Virus record (IMG/VR): IMGVR_UViG_3300034104_001007
Span: 739-64,738 of that record
DNA length: 64,000 bases
Direction: 5' to 3' (one strand)
Source of the DNA: a virus
Taxonomy: Duplodnaviria; Caudoviricetes
Shown piece by piece: positions 9,502 through 20,483 of this stretch. Under the pieces are notes generated by a model, which had not been told where the DNA came from, made no database searches, and saw only the letters and a list, made by a program, of their open reading frames with translations. How positions within the stretch are numbered: position 1 is the stretch's first letter; each line of letters begins with the position of its first letter. The position numbers and the translations under genes were made by a program.

Positions 9502-12500
9502 ATGCAACCAGTAGAAATTCCTGGAGTCGGTACTGTTCACTTTCCAGATAATATGTCCGATGCTGATATTGGGCGTGTAATCGAAAAGCAAATTATTCCG
9601 CAACATCAAGCTGCTCAAAAAGAGCATGAAAAGAAAACCGGGTTTGTTGCAGCTACTAAGGCTGGTTTTTATAGTTCATTAGGCGCAGCTGAACGGGCTA
9701 TTGGCGAAGCAACTGGTAGCAATAAGCTCAAACAATTAGCTAAAGAAAATGAGCTAAAAGCCCAAACTACATTTGAGCCAACAACCGAAGAAGATGTAGC
9801 TAATGCCCAAGGCGTGATGTCAACTGCGGCCAAATGGTTACGCAAAAACATAGCTGAGCCCGGTGGTGGTATCGTCGGTGGTTATGGTATACCTATTGCT
9901 GCAGCCCCTATTGCAGCTGCTATTGCCCCTGAAGCTGTTGGTGGCGCTGCATTAGCAGGATTAGCCGGTGAAGAATTATTAGCTGCTACTGCAGCACGGG
10001 CTGCTGCAAACGAGGCCCGTAAACGTTTAGTTGGTGCAGCTGCATCATCCACTATCGCAGCCCCTGCCGAGATGGGTTATAACATCCAAGCCCAAGAACA
10101 AGCACATCCAAACGAAGCAATTAATTTAACTGCCGCAGCCCTATCAGCTATTCCCCAAGCTGCGTTAGTTGGTTTTGGTATGCCCGGAACAAGCTACATT
10201 AATAAATTAGTGCCACAACTGGCGCCGATTGCAGAAAAGACACTGGTTCCAAAAGTTCTATCTGGTGAGCTTACGCGCGAAGAAGCCGCAGCCCAGCTAG
10301 CTGGTAAACTCCCACAATATCTAAGAGCCATGGCTGCGAATACGGCTGCTGGTACTGGCATGATGGTTGGTACTGAGACTATCCGCCGTGCGCAAGCTGG
10401 TCAAGACATGATGAGCTTAGGTGAAGTAGGTGAGGCAGCAAAAACAGCAGGTCTATTATCCCCATTCTTTGCAGCTATGCATGGTTCAGACCGTGGTGTG
10501 GCAGAAGGAAAACTAACCGCAGCATCCGAGCAGCGTGCAGCACAACTGCGCCAAGAACAAGATGCGATTGATATAGCGGAACAACGAGCTGCTGACTTAG
10601 AAGGGTTGCGCCAGTTGGATGTGACCTATGCAAAAGTCTACGAAGAGCTTGGTGCAAGGAAAGAACAGACTGCCAGCTTATTAAAAGAAACTAAGTTAGC
10701 CGAACGCATCGGTAAATCAATTGAAGACCATCCTGATATTCAAGCGTTAAATACCCTTGAAGGTACTAAAGCATTCCTTAAAGATTTAAAAGCTAATAAG
10801 AACTATACTGAAGAAGAGAAGCAAGCACTACGCCCACAACTCCAACAGTACATGCAGAAGTTCAAACAAAAAGACACTTCCTATAACAAACTAAATGAAG
10901 AGCAACAAAAATACGTAGGTCAGATTGAAGCGCTTGAAGACTTGCGTGAGATTGGTGTACCTACTACAGCTAAGTTATTAGATGTGCCACTTGAAGAATT
11001 ACAAGCAATGCGTCAGACAGTTGATGAGAAAGCCGCGGACAGCTCCACACCTAAACGCGACATCAACAAGCTTGACCACATGGCAACACTAATTGCTGAT
11101 GCTATCGCAAATCATCCTACGACTGTAAACGCGGCTAAAGCCGCTCAACGCATTGCCGATGAAGCTGATTTTAATCGTGTACTTGAAAGAAAACATGCGG
11201 AAGAAGCGGCGTTAACCAAAGCACAAATCGCTGAAAATGAGCAACGAATCAAGTTAGCTTCATTGAAAACACCTGAGTTACGTAAAGCATACTTAGAAGA
11301 CCAAGCCCGCCAAGAAGCCGCAAGAACTAAAGAAATCCCTGCAGAGCCCAAGCTTACCGCTGAACAAAAAATGGCGCAGTTGGAAACTACACTGCCAGAA
11401 GGCATCAATCGCGAAGATTTTAGAGCGCAACAGCTAGCTGAAGAAGCACGATATAAAGCAGAACAGCAACAACTTGAAGCCGATAAGTTCTATTTGGAAC
11501 GCCAAAAACCGCCAAGAAATGAAGTGGTTAAACCAATTGAGGAGCCTGTAAATGAGCCGACTATCAACGATGTCAAAGGACAAGGAAACCTCTTCACCCC
11601 AAGAACAGGAAAACCCACAGCCGAAGCCATGCGTGGTAATGAAAGTGGACCAGTCGGTGGTGTCGCTGAGCGACCAAGAAGTGAGTCAGGCGTGGAAGTG
11701 CCTGCAGGACAACCAGCTGCCGTTGTCCCCAAAACTGGAAGAGCTGGAGCAGGAGCACTGGGAGATGTTGCTGGAGTACCTGTTAGAAACGCAGGACGAG
11801 ATAAAGGAAATGTGGCTGCAGAAAAGGTTACATTAAAAGAAGCTATTGCAAATCGCATGAACGATATCTTTGGTATAGCCAGAGAGATGCATAAAAATGA
11901 TGTTGTACTTCCTGAAGAACTATCCGATATGCTTCACGAGTTAAGGGCTAACCCACCTAAAGCAGCAGAGTTTGCTGATTGGGCTGCCAATGTAGAAGCT
12001 CGCGTTAAAGAAGCTAAAGCATATATTAAAAGTACTACAAAAGAATCGGTTAAAAAATCCATTGAAAAAGATACAGATGTACAGAAAAAAGCGGCTGAAG
12101 TACATACACTAAAAAAATTAGATGCTGATTCAGAACAAGCAATAAAAGACCTTCAAGATGCTGTCTATGGTCCTGAAGGTATTATGGAATCAAAAGGCAA
12201 ACGTAAAGGCGAGCGCGCACCTAAAGAAGCTAAAGAGCCTACGACCGTTGATGCGATGGAGCAAACAATTAAAGATTGGTTTAATCCAGTATGGTTGGCT
12301 CGCGCGCTTAAGAATGGCTCAGTGCGTATTTCGGAATCTATTGCTAATACAGACTTACCTGAAAAAACTAAAGCCGAATTTGATAAGAGTAAGGCTCTAT
12401 ACTTTGGTCGTGACGGTTCAATCTACTTCTTCACAGACAACATTCCTAAAGGAAATGAGCTAGGGGTTATCTTACATGAGATTGGTGAGCATAAAGGTCT

Positions 12501-15500
12501 TGATAACTTAATAGGAAAAGACCGTGTAACAATGATGTCAAACCGTGTTCGTGATATGGCTACTGGTAAAGGTGGTAAGTTAGACGTCATTATTGCTAAG
12601 AAAGCTTTAAAACGCATTGAGGGTATGGAGGGTGAGAAGGCTAATAAAGAACTAATTGCATACTTCGCTGAGATTGCTGTCAATGAACATAAGATTATTC
12701 CGGGCGGTAAAACTGAAGAACCATCCAAGCTAACTAAGACTTGGATTACAAACCTATGGAACTCTATCAACAAAGCGCTAGAGAAACTCCACCTGAATAT
12801 TAAAGACTTCAGTGCACAAGATTTGGTTGATGTAGTGCATGGTGCAGCCCGTTTAGAAATGGGTCGTGAAGGTGAGATGGGTCCGCGTAATCAGAAGTTT
12901 GATTCACAGTCTAAACTATCCGAAGCTGAAGAAGCCGCAATGAAGGCCAAGGGGTACACTGTATTTAAGACCCCACCAAAAGAAACCTTTGCTCAGTCCA
13001 TGAAAAACTATGCTAATGCCGACACAGGTAAATTGCGTGGGATGTTGGATACTATCGGCAACAAGATGGTTGGTCCTTTGTTCTCAGCACACCGCAAGGC
13101 CAACGCATACTACGGACCTGAAAGTTTCTACACCAAGACTACTAACAAGATTCGCGGCACGATGTTAATGCAGCATACCCTGAACTCAATGAACTTTATC
13201 ATTCAGGCTATGAAAGAAGGTTATGTTCGTATAGACAATAAAGGTTTCTTTGATGTAGCCATTGATAAGGTTAACAACATTCCTCAGCTAGCGGTTAAAT
13301 GGAAAGCTATCGATAACGCTATGAAAGCCAAAGGCATGTCTGACGGTATGGTTGAACAAGCTAAAAAGACTATGGCTTACGCTGACCGTTATAAAGAACT
13401 TAAAGATAAGAACATCAAAACACCAGCTGAATTTACTGATGCGTCATACAAATGGGGTAAAGAACTTCAGAGAGAGTATGCTGCGGAGTTTAAAGAGTGG
13501 CGTGATATGTACAACGTGATTCGTAAAAATAACCGCGAAACGCTTATTAAATCAGGTTTGAAAACTGCTAAAGAAGCAGACGAATGGTTAGACCGTGCAG
13601 AGTACTTGCCTTTATATCGTATCACAGAGAGCGAGGGTATGGACGCGGTATTCATGAACAACTTAACTGCCGCTGTACGCGAACAAAAATTGGGATTTAA
13701 AACAGAAGAATTTGATGTTGGCGACCCAATGGAGAACATTGTTAAGAATCAAATGTGGTTAGGTCAACGGATGATGCGCAACCATACTGCATTACGTTTA
13801 GCTGAAGAGTTTAGTGAGGTTGGTCTTGGTCGTTGGGTTAAAGGCGGTCAAGCTAATGGCAAGAATGTATTCTCCGTTCTTAAAGACGGTGTGGTTGAGC
13901 ACTTTCAAGTAGATAACCCTAACGATGCGGCAGTCTTTATCTCTGCTCCAGTATTCCAAAGTGGTGCACTAAACATAGCTCGTGCTGTTACCGGTACATT
14001 ACGCCGTGGTGTTACTATTACTCCATCGTTTGCGTACCGTCAGATGTGGGCCGATGCTGAGCGTACATGGATGCAGTCAGGTGGTCAACATAGCTTTGCA
14101 AAAACAGTAGCGTCATCTATTAGCCATCAAGGTAAGAACTTATTAAATGATTCTGAGAAAGCTAAAGAGCTAGCTCGTCACGGTATTGTTGGTCAAGTGG
14201 ATATTCAAGAAGGTTTTGACCGCATGGTTCAGCATTTGATGGGTACGCACAATGACACATGGCTAGGTAAAGCAGAGTCTGTACTTGAGCGCGGTGAGCG
14301 CATAGCCCGAAACAGTGACTTATCAGCTCGTGCTACTGTGTATGATTCAGTGGTTGCGCAGGGTATGAAAGAAGGTCGCACGGATTTAGACGTGCTTAGA
14401 AAAGAAGCGGCGCTTCGTGCACAGATGATGATTAACTTTAATCACAAAGGTACTTCTGCGTTTGCTCGTATGATGATGTCTTCAGTACCGTTTATTAACG
14501 CGCGTATTCAATCTGACTGGCGTTTAGTAGATGCATTGAAGGGTAACATCCCGGGTATTACAAAAGAACAAGCACGTAAAATGCTTGCAATGAAGGTAGG
14601 TAAGTTCGCCACATTTACCGCTGTATATGCGATGGCCCGTAGCGGTGACGATGATTATGAAAATGCAAATGATGAAGTCCGCAATCGTAACTTCCTAATC
14701 AATGCTGGTGGTGTACCATTAAAAATACCTGTCGCACCTGAGTACTTAGCACTTAAGGCAGCATCTGAACATACCTATAGGTTGTTAACAGACCAAGAGT
14801 TTGAGGATGGTGAGAAAGCGCGTAAAGCGATTGGTGCTGGATTACGTAACATGCTAATCACTCCAACAGACATGATGCCTACAATCGTGACGCCTATGAT
14901 AGAGAACATAACTAATTACTCGTTCTTTAATGACCGCGCGTTGGTAAGTCCTACACTACAAAACTTGCCAGCCAATGAGCAGTATGTTGAAGGTCAATCA
15001 TCTGAAGCCGCTAAGTATATAAGTAATCTCGGTATGGATATGTTTGGCGATTCATTCAGCCCAATTAAGATTGACAACGTACTCCGTGGCACCCTTGGTA
15101 CTGTGGGTCAAGATGCTATGTTCTTAACTAACTGGATTGCAGGTAGTGTATCAGGTGAAGAGCGCCCCGACGTTAAGTTAAATCAAATCCCTGAGCTTGG
15201 CGCGGCATTCTATGATACCGAAGGTAGCCAACGTAAAAACGATTACTATGATTTACGTAATAAAATAATGCCAATCCATCAAGCACTATTGAAGTATCGT
15301 AGTGAAGGGGATTATGAAAGAGCAAGAGAGTATCAAAAAGAGCATGCGGCTGAACTGCGCCTTGTTCCACAACTTAATGCGATTAACAATCAACTTGAGA
15401 TTACTCGTAAAGCTAAACATCGTATCATGAGCCCAACTAGTACATTGACTGGTGCAGAGAAACGCGAAGCGTTGGATAAGATTGCTGAGAGAGAAAGAAA

Positions 15501-15552
15501 TCTAATTAACAATCGTATCGTTAAAATGAAAGACCAATTAGAAGAGGAATAA
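9502..15552 (+). CDS. giant internal virion protein (polyvalent type: zincin-like HExxxH domain plus LPD38-like C-terminus)
   Basis: 2016 aa; LGVILHEIGEHKGL; C-terminal LKIPVAPE...ENITNYSFF...SPIKIDNVLRGTLG resembling LPD38. Confidence 0.7.
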   Translation: MQPVEIPGVGTVHFPDNMSDADIGRVIEKQIIPQHQAAQKEHEKKTGFVAATKAGFYSSLGAAERAIGEATGSNKLKQLAKENELKAQTTFEPTTEEDVANAQGVMSTAAKWLRKNIAEPGGGIVGGYGIPIAAAPIAAAIAPEAVGGAALAGLAGEELLAATAARAAANEARKRLVGAAASSTIAAPAEMGYNIQAQEQAHPNEAINLTAAALSAIPQAALVGFGMPGTSYINKLVPQLAPIAEKTLVPKVLSGELTREEAAAQLAGKLPQYLRAMAANTAAGTGMMVGTETIRRAQAGQDMMSLGEVGEAAKTAGLLSPFFAAMHGSDRGVAEGKLTAASEQRAAQLRQEQDAIDIAEQRAADLEGLRQLDVTYAKVYEELGARKEQTASLLKETKLAERIGKSIEDHPDIQALNTLEGTKAFLKDLKANKNYTEEEKQALRPQLQQYMQKFKQKDTSYNKLNEEQQKYVGQIEALEDLREIGVPTTAKLLDVPLEELQAMRQTVDEKAADSSTPKRDINKLDHMATLIADAIANHPTTVNAAKAAQRIADEADFNRVLERKHAEEAALTKAQIAENEQRIKLASLKTPELRKAYLEDQARQEAARTKEIPAEPKLTAEQKMAQLETTLPEGINREDFRAQQLAEEARYKAEQQQLEADKFYLERQKPPRNEVVKPIEEPVNEPTINDVKGQGNLFTPRTGKPTAEAMRGNESGPVGGVAERPRSESGVEVPAGQPAAVVPKTGRAGAGALGDVAGVPVRNAGRDKGNVAAEKVTLKEAIANRMNDIFGIAREMHKNDVVLPEELSDMLHELRANPPKAAEFADWAANVEARVKEAKAYIKSTTKESVKKSIEKDTDVQKKAAEVHTLKKLDADSEQAIKDLQDAVYGPEGIMESKGKRKGERAPKEAKEPTTVDAMEQTIKDWFNPVWLARALKNGSVRISESIANTDLPEKTKAEFDKSKALYFGRDGSIYFFTDNIPKGNELGVILHEIGEHKGLDNLIGKDRVTMMSNRVRDMATGKGGKLDVIIAKKALKRIEGMEGEKANKELIAYFAEIAVNEHKIIPGGKTEEPSKLTKTWITNLWNSINKALEKLHLNIKDFSAQDLVDVVHGAARLEMGREGEMGPRNQKFDSQSKLSEAEEAAMKAKGYTVFKTPPKETFAQSMKNYANADTGKLRGMLDTIGNKMVGPLFSAHRKANAYYGPESFYTKTTNKIRGTMLMQHTLNSMNFIIQAMKEGYVRIDNKGFFDVAIDKVNNIPQLAVKWKAIDNAMKAKGMSDGMVEQAKKTMAYADRYKELKDKNIKTPAEFTDASYKWGKELQREYAAEFKEWRDMYNVIRKNNRETLIKSGLKTAKEADEWLDRAEYLPLYRITESEGMDAVFMNNLTAAVREQKLGFKTEEFDVGDPMENIVKNQMWLGQRMMRNHTALRLAEEFSEVGLGRWVKGGQANGKNVFSVLKDGVVEHFQVDNPNDAAVFISAPVFQSGALNIARAVTGTLRRGVTITPSFAYRQMWADAERTWMQSGGQHSFAKTVASSISHQGKNLLNDSEKAKELARHGIVGQVDIQEGFDRMVQHLMGTHNDTWLGKAESVLERGERIARNSDLSARATVYDSVVAQGMKEGRTDLDVLRKEAALRAQMMINFNHKGTSAFARMMMSSVPFINARIQSDWRLVDALKGNIPGITKEQARKMLAMKVGKFATFTAVYAMARSGDDDYENANDEVRNRNFLINAGGVPLKIPVAPEYLALKAASEHTYRLLTDQEFEDGEKARKAIGAGLRNMLITPTDMMPTIVTPMIENITNYSFFNDRALVSPTLQNLPANEQYVEGQSSEAAKYISNLGMDMFGDSFSPIKIDNVLRGTLGTVGQDAMFLTNWIAGSVSGEERPDVKLNQIPELGAAFYDTEGSQRKNDYYDLRNKIMPIHQALLKYRSEGDYERAREYQKEHAAELRLVPQLNAINNQLEITRKAKHRIMSPTSTLTGAEKREALDKIAERERNLINNRIVKMKDQLEEE

Positions 15553-15577
15553 AAAAATCCCCAGCGGGGACTGGGGA
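15551..15577 (-). terminator. intrinsic terminator at the convergence of late and early/middle transcription
   Basis: TCCCCAG/CTGGGGA stem (15558-64/15571-77) next to A7, which reads as a U-tract on the - strand. Confidence 0.65.
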
Positions 15578-15634
15578 CTTAGTCACTACAAGGAGAATGA
15601 GCACGATTAAGTGCAAAAGAAGTATAGCATCATG

Positions 15635-15823
15635 TTATTCAATGCGCCATACCCTAACACCAAATAATCCATTATATACAACACTTTCTATGCGCAATCT
15701 ATATTTATACTGGCGCGCAATCTTTCTAGCCTCATCCTTAACTTCAGTCTCATCCACGCAAGGGACAAAGAAACTATCCCCCACCATCATGCTACTTATG
15801 GGTAATTCAATCGGTTGTTTCAT
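15635..15823 (-). CDS. small conserved phage protein
   Basis: MMVGDSFFVP...GVRVWRIE motif; overlaps upstream gene. Confidence 0.7.
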   Translation of the reverse strand: MKQPIELPISSMMVGDSFFVPCVDETEVKDEARKIARQYKYRLRIESVVYNGLFGVRVWRIE

Positions 15824-16262
15824 AATTTACTACAAACGTTTCCGAATCGAGAACATCGGGACCGCCATAATTAACTGCATAATGACTGTACTCATGGAAA
15901 GTACTCCATGCATCTTGAACGGCCATAAGAAACTCTGTATCAGGCGGACCATCCCAAAATGAGGTTAATATCCCTTTATGGTCATGCAGCCCTAGTAGCG
16001 GGCATTTATCTAGCTGAAGAAAATCTAATTGCAATTTTCCCATTAGATACCCAAGCAACATATTAAGTCGGCTGTTATCATAACTTGCCTCGTCATAGCG
16101 TTTTACTATCGGCATATGTTCCATTGCATATCCATCATCGTTGTTGAATAACTTAGCAACCATTCGGTTTGTGTATGCCTCATCGATTTTCTTGACAAAA
16201 TCTGCCTCAGCAAACCCAAAATGCTCACCGGTTTCTGTTAAGCTAACTGTTTGAATACTCAT
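15807..16262 (-). CDS. hypothetical protein
   Basis: 151-aa ORF with GGAGG RBS, overlapping the primase end. Confidence 0.65.
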   Translation of the reverse strand: MSIQTVSLTETGEHFGFAEADFVKKIDEAYTNRMVAKLFNNDDGYAMEHMPIVKRYDEASYDNSRLNMLLGYLMGKLQLDFLQLDKCPLLGLHDHKGILTSFWDGPPDTEFLMAVQDAWSTFHEYSHYAVNYGGPDVLDSETFVVNYETTD

Positions 16263-19140
16263 GGTCTGCCTCCGTAACTGTTAATCCAAGATTGCCTTGA
16301 TACCACAACACCGGAACTGATGGTGCATCGATACCTGTACCTTTCATAATGCGTACATTCTTTTTACCTAAGAACTTCATGCCGTCAGTAACGCCAGTAA
16401 TAGCCGAGTTGTATGGTATTTGACGTTTAACGCAGAACTCTTTAAAGGTACTTTGTAATAAGAACAACTGCATCTTATCGGGCTCATACCTACCCACAAT
16501 CCTAACATTCGGGTTAAAGATAGGTGCTTGCTCAATACCACTACGGGCGTCTGCGTTACCATTGATTTGAAGGATTGCGCCCTTGTTCTCTGATAAGAAT
16601 TCACCGATGACAGTATTAAAGCTAACCTTCTCTGCCGCCGCCTCACCGCGTTTATCACGAATGACTTCCATAGATAACTTAAACAAAGCATCAATATCCC
16701 AGTCGATAATACCTAATGACTTAGCGATGTACCCGCCAGTAATCATGCTACAAAACCCTGATACCCATACCCGTTCACTTGATAAAGAACCTAGCTCACG
16801 GTTAAGAATTTTACGCACTTTTGTCTGTAGGGTTTTTGTCCCTACAACATCTTTAACTACTGCGTTCATATAGATATCGCCTGCATGACCGTAGTTTTGC
16901 ATCAATATGGTGACTAGGTTTTGTGCAAAGTCAGGGTCTAGTTCTTCAGGCTTCTCAAATGGAAACTCCATAACCCGATGCAACTCACCATCAGCCATTG
17001 ACTTAGATGTGGTTAGTTTATCTACCATTGATGCGTTAGATGACACGGCTACAAGTGTTTTCCACCATGCAGTATTAACGCGCTCTTTGTTAGCGCTGGC
17101 CTCTAAACGATTCTTGGCGCGGCCCTCAGATATGCTGTATGACAGTTCTGATGTCTCGGGTGCTGTTAGGTTGGTCAGCTCGTCAAAGCAAAGAGGTAGA
17201 TTGCAGTGCACCCCTAGGCGGTCATAACGTGAGTTTAGTGTATCGCTTCTACGCATCATCATGTATTTAGAATTACCATACACAGAGTTGATGAAGTGTT
17301 GTACTAACGTCTTACCTGTACCAGCGTTCTCGCTCACGAAGTTAAACATCATGCCTGATTCAGACGTGAACTCCATAAGTGGCGCACCAAACGCAATCAA
17401 TGCCCCTAACTGATGGTACTCCCAGCCTTTACGACCTAGCACATCACGCACAATTTTCCATTCCTCATAGTTCCCAGTAGGTTCCATGTACCCAGCAAGT
17501 GATGCGGTTTTTGTTGAAGGCGCGCTGTATGTACTACCCTTCGCTGAAATCTCGCGCTTACCAAGAACAAATACTGATGCGTTATCATGCCACCCAAAAT
17601 TAGGGCGGGACATTTCTATTTTTGTGAACCGTTGTAGTTCGTTGTTAGCTGTAACTATATAAGCCAAAATAGACTCCATTTGTTTCCTGTAAGTAACGGC
17701 TACCCCATGAAAGGCTAGCGCATCACGCAATTTATCAATCGACGCTATACTCTTTAAGGGAATAGCAAACTCAATTAACCCGTCCTGTGGCATGATAAGG
17801 TTTAGTATTAAGACCTCGCCTTCGTTCACATCCTTAACCCGCTTAGTAACAAACAAGTCATTGAGGTAAACTACGTCGTCTTCAGATTCCCCATCCTCAC
17901 CCTTTACTTTCTTATAGATACCACCCTCCAGTCCACGGAAATATGGAAATGGTAGTTTAGGTATCTTGTATGCCTTCGGCGCTTCGTCGGTTACTAAGTT
18001 AGATAAAGCAGACGTGCTCTCGGGCACCACTGCTGGTGCAGATACCTGATTAGGGAGAATAATTTCTTCGGCAGTTGATTCCGCAACATACTCGCCTAGT
18101 TTAACAGGGGTGGCAATTTGCCCTGCATGTTTGCATCCGGTACAGCCATGAGGAAAATTATCTTGAAACCACCCGCATGTTCGCGGACCGTTGTTAAATT
18201 CAAGAGCCTTGTCTTCGGTTGCTTCAAAAGTGTAGCCATCATGTCCCCTTGATAATTTGTGGATAGCGACATCACCATCATCACATACATTTGCTATTGA
18301 TAAACCCGCACACCACAAGTCGTAGTGCACTGAGTTAGGCTTTTCTAGCATGCTTTTGATTTGCATGCAGCCCTCACCCTTGAGACTTTTAATCGCAATG
18401 GTTGAGAATTTCTTGGCTTTGTTGCCAGCTAGATGGGCAGTTGTGGCGTCCATCTCGAATTTGATTTTTGGTCTAGCAATAATTTCACTAATCCCACGCT
18501 CTGCACAACTCGCGCGCACAGGGGATTCAAACTGGGTTAAGGCAATAGGCCTAGGGATTTCAATGCCCTTAAGGAACTTAGCCTCAACACCGTATTTGGT
18601 GTTGTTCGTACCGACAACGCGTAACACGCGCGCGCTATCCGCTGGCACTCGTGGGTCAATATGTAACCCCGATTTTAAGCACAGCTGTTTAAATAAGTCT
18701 GCTATTGGTTGCCATTTTTCAGGAGTGATAGCCGTATCTAAAATCCAATACAGATGCCATCCACCACCGGAATCCACGACAGCAGGCAATGGTAATCCTG
18801 TGTCATCAATAAATTTACGAACAATGCTTAGGGCGTCTGCTTTATTAGCATAGGCTTGTTTTGTTTCAAGCTTTTCAGGGTCGCTACTTATATCAATGTC
18901 GAGAAAGAAAGATTTAATCTCTTTGACATTGGTTTTTCTTCTTGAGCTATTATCCTTGAATGAGCTTAATGCAAAATAGGTGTTGGTTGAAGATTGGTCT
19001 ATTGAATCTATTATCTTCTTAACATCAGCTAAGTTGTTTGCGAATCTTTGATTGGGTTCCTTTTTCGTTGGATTGACGCCGATAATGCAGTAGGTTCCCC
19101 CACTAGGCACAACGGCATCAATAAAGTCTAATGCGTTCAT
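16243..19140 (-). CDS. primase-helicase (RepB/AEP-like primase, Cys-rich linker, DUF927/ATPase helicase)
   Basis: SFFLDID, VDSGGGWHLYW and RVLRVVGTNN primase motifs; CxxF...CxxCxH cluster; Walker A GTGKT, Walker B LCFDE. Confidence 0.85.
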   Translation of the reverse strand: MNALDFIDAVVPSGGTYCIIGVNPTKKEPNQRFANNLADVKKIIDSIDQSSTNTYFALSSFKDNSSRRKTNVKEIKSFFLDIDISSDPEKLETKQAYANKADALSIVRKFIDDTGLPLPAVVDSGGGWHLYWILDTAITPEKWQPIADLFKQLCLKSGLHIDPRVPADSARVLRVVGTNNTKYGVEAKFLKGIEIPRPIALTQFESPVRASCAERGISEIIARPKIKFEMDATTAHLAGNKAKKFSTIAIKSLKGEGCMQIKSMLEKPNSVHYDLWCAGLSIANVCDDGDVAIHKLSRGHDGYTFEATEDKALEFNNGPRTCGWFQDNFPHGCTGCKHAGQIATPVKLGEYVAESTAEEIILPNQVSAPAVVPESTSALSNLVTDEAPKAYKIPKLPFPYFRGLEGGIYKKVKGEDGESEDDVVYLNDLFVTKRVKDVNEGEVLILNLIMPQDGLIEFAIPLKSIASIDKLRDALAFHGVAVTYRKQMESILAYIVTANNELQRFTKIEMSRPNFGWHDNASVFVLGKREISAKGSTYSAPSTKTASLAGYMEPTGNYEEWKIVRDVLGRKGWEYHQLGALIAFGAPLMEFTSESGMMFNFVSENAGTGKTLVQHFINSVYGNSKYMMMRRSDTLNSRYDRLGVHCNLPLCFDELTNLTAPETSELSYSISEGRAKNRLEASANKERVNTAWWKTLVAVSSNASMVDKLTTSKSMADGELHRVMEFPFEKPEELDPDFAQNLVTILMQNYGHAGDIYMNAVVKDVVGTKTLQTKVRKILNRELGSLSSERVWVSGFCSMITGGYIAKSLGIIDWDIDALFKLSMEVIRDKRGEAAAEKVSFNTVIGEFLSENKGAILQINGNADARSGIEQAPIFNPNVRIVGRYEPDKMQLFLLQSTFKEFCVKRQIPYNSAITGVTDGMKFLGKKNVRIMKGTGIDAPSVPVLWYQGNLGLTVTEADHEYSNS

Positions 19141-19216
19141 TCTCGCCCCGATTCGATACAAAAGAGTACGCTGGGATTAGCCAACGTACTCTCAACAGAA
19201 GGATACTATTCTGACC

Positions 19217-20152
19217 TTATTCGTCCCATTCGTCAATGAGAGAAGCAAGTTCTGTTTTCTCTACTAACGGTGGGGCTTCCTTCTCGACCTTGACAGGCTC
19301 CTCAATCACTGAATCTTCCTCATGGATTTCAGGTGCTGGGGTTGGTTTTGGTTCTGCTTTCTTAGTTGCTGGTGGTGCAATTACTTGTTGTGCTACTGGT
19401 GCAGGTGCAAACTCTTGCTTATCTTTCACACCATCTACTTGTGAAACTGTCATAGTAATAGCGCGCAATGCTGAATCAGATTTACCTTGTGCAACACTGA
19501 TGTTGTACTCGGCTTCTTCTAATGGGCGAATGCCACGGAATACTAACTTAGGTGTAGCTGATGCTGTATCGAAACGCATCTCGGTAACTACTGCACTGAT
19601 TGGCATTTTCAATGCACCGATAGATTGTGCATAGGCTTGCATAGGTAGTTTTTGACCGTCTACACCCTTACCAAAGATTGAAGTGGATGGTAATGACAAC
19701 TGATACACATCACCGCTCAAATCACCTTCTAATATAACTGCAAGGCGTTGGGTATAACGACAAGCACGGCTTTCACCTTGACCTGAACCCTTGATGTTTT
19801 TCTCGCATGACATACAAGTATTAGCTTGTGGGTCTACTACATCTGCATTTGGTTTAGTACCGTCAGCTGACCAGCATGAAGGACCTTTTGGCGCAGCTTC
19901 TGAATCATATGTACCTTCGTAGTATGTACGACCTAGTGGTGATGAGGCTACGATAACTACATTCATAGCGCGCTCTTCATTAACCATTAGCTCTTCGCCA
20001 TTAACCAACATGCGGAACACACCGCCCTTGATTGAAATACGTTTGCTACCGCTACCACTGTTACCTGCTAAGTTCTTGGTGGTTGCATCTAACTCAATAC
20101 CTTTTAAGTATGATGGTAAGTTGCTACCTTGAAATATCGCCATGTTACTCAT
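19217..20152 (-). CDS. conserved replication-module protein (putative ssDNA-binding)
   Basis: RISIKGGVFR...CWSADG...CxxC, acidic C-terminal tail LIDEWDE; lies between helicase and primase. Confidence 0.6.
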   Translation of the reverse strand: MSNMAIFQGSNLPSYLKGIELDATTKNLAGNSGSGSKRISIKGGVFRMLVNGEELMVNEERAMNVVIVASSPLGRTYYEGTYDSEAAPKGPSCWSADGTKPNADVVDPQANTCMSCEKNIKGSGQGESRACRYTQRLAVILEGDLSGDVYQLSLPSTSIFGKGVDGQKLPMQAYAQSIGALKMPISAVVTEMRFDTASATPKLVFRGIRPLEEAEYNISVAQGKSDSALRAITMTVSQVDGVKDKQEFAPAPVAQQVIAPPATKKAEPKPTPAPEIHEEDSVIEEPVKVEKEAPPLVEKTELASLIDEWDE

Positions 20153-20483
20153 TTGTTTCCCCTTCGTTGTGATTATAAATTGCTTCTACTGCATCCCCGT
20201 ATGTTTCAACTAGCGTTCTTTTTTCCATACGCTTCTTTGCTTCTGTATGTGCCAAAGTTTGTATCTCCACCATTACGTCATGGGGTAATTCGTTATCCAT
20301 AGTAAAATCTAACACATCAAAACTATTGTTCATGTATGACTCTAATGATGTCTTACGAATACGGAAACCATTCCCAATTTTCTTAGCAGGGATTTCACCT
20401 GTATTAATAAGCTTGTACAACAACTTAGTTGAGATTTTTAAAAACTGTGCGGCACCTTGCGCCGTTAGAATTTCGTCACTCAT
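20145..20483 (-). CDS. excisionase-family HTH DNA-binding protein
   Basis: ILTAQGAAQFLKISTKLLYKLINTGEIPAKKIGNGFRI, an HTH_17-type pattern. Confidence 0.8.
   Translation of the reverse strand: MSDEILTAQGAAQFLKISTKLLYKLINTGEIPAKKIGNGFRIRKTSLESYMNNSFDVLDFTMDNELPHDVMVEIQTLAHTEAKKRMEKRTLVETYGDAVEAIYNHNEGETNE

Noticed and set aside
16377-19634. Long antisense ORFs opposite the primase and SSB-like genes (also 24267-24863, 33573-34139, 40420-40893)
   Set aside because: Shadow frames of real genes, with no RBS or recognisable motifs.
20145-20483. Excisionase as evidence of an integrated prophage
   Set aside because: No integrase, att-like repeat or host genes in the window; HTH_17 proteins are often plain regulators.
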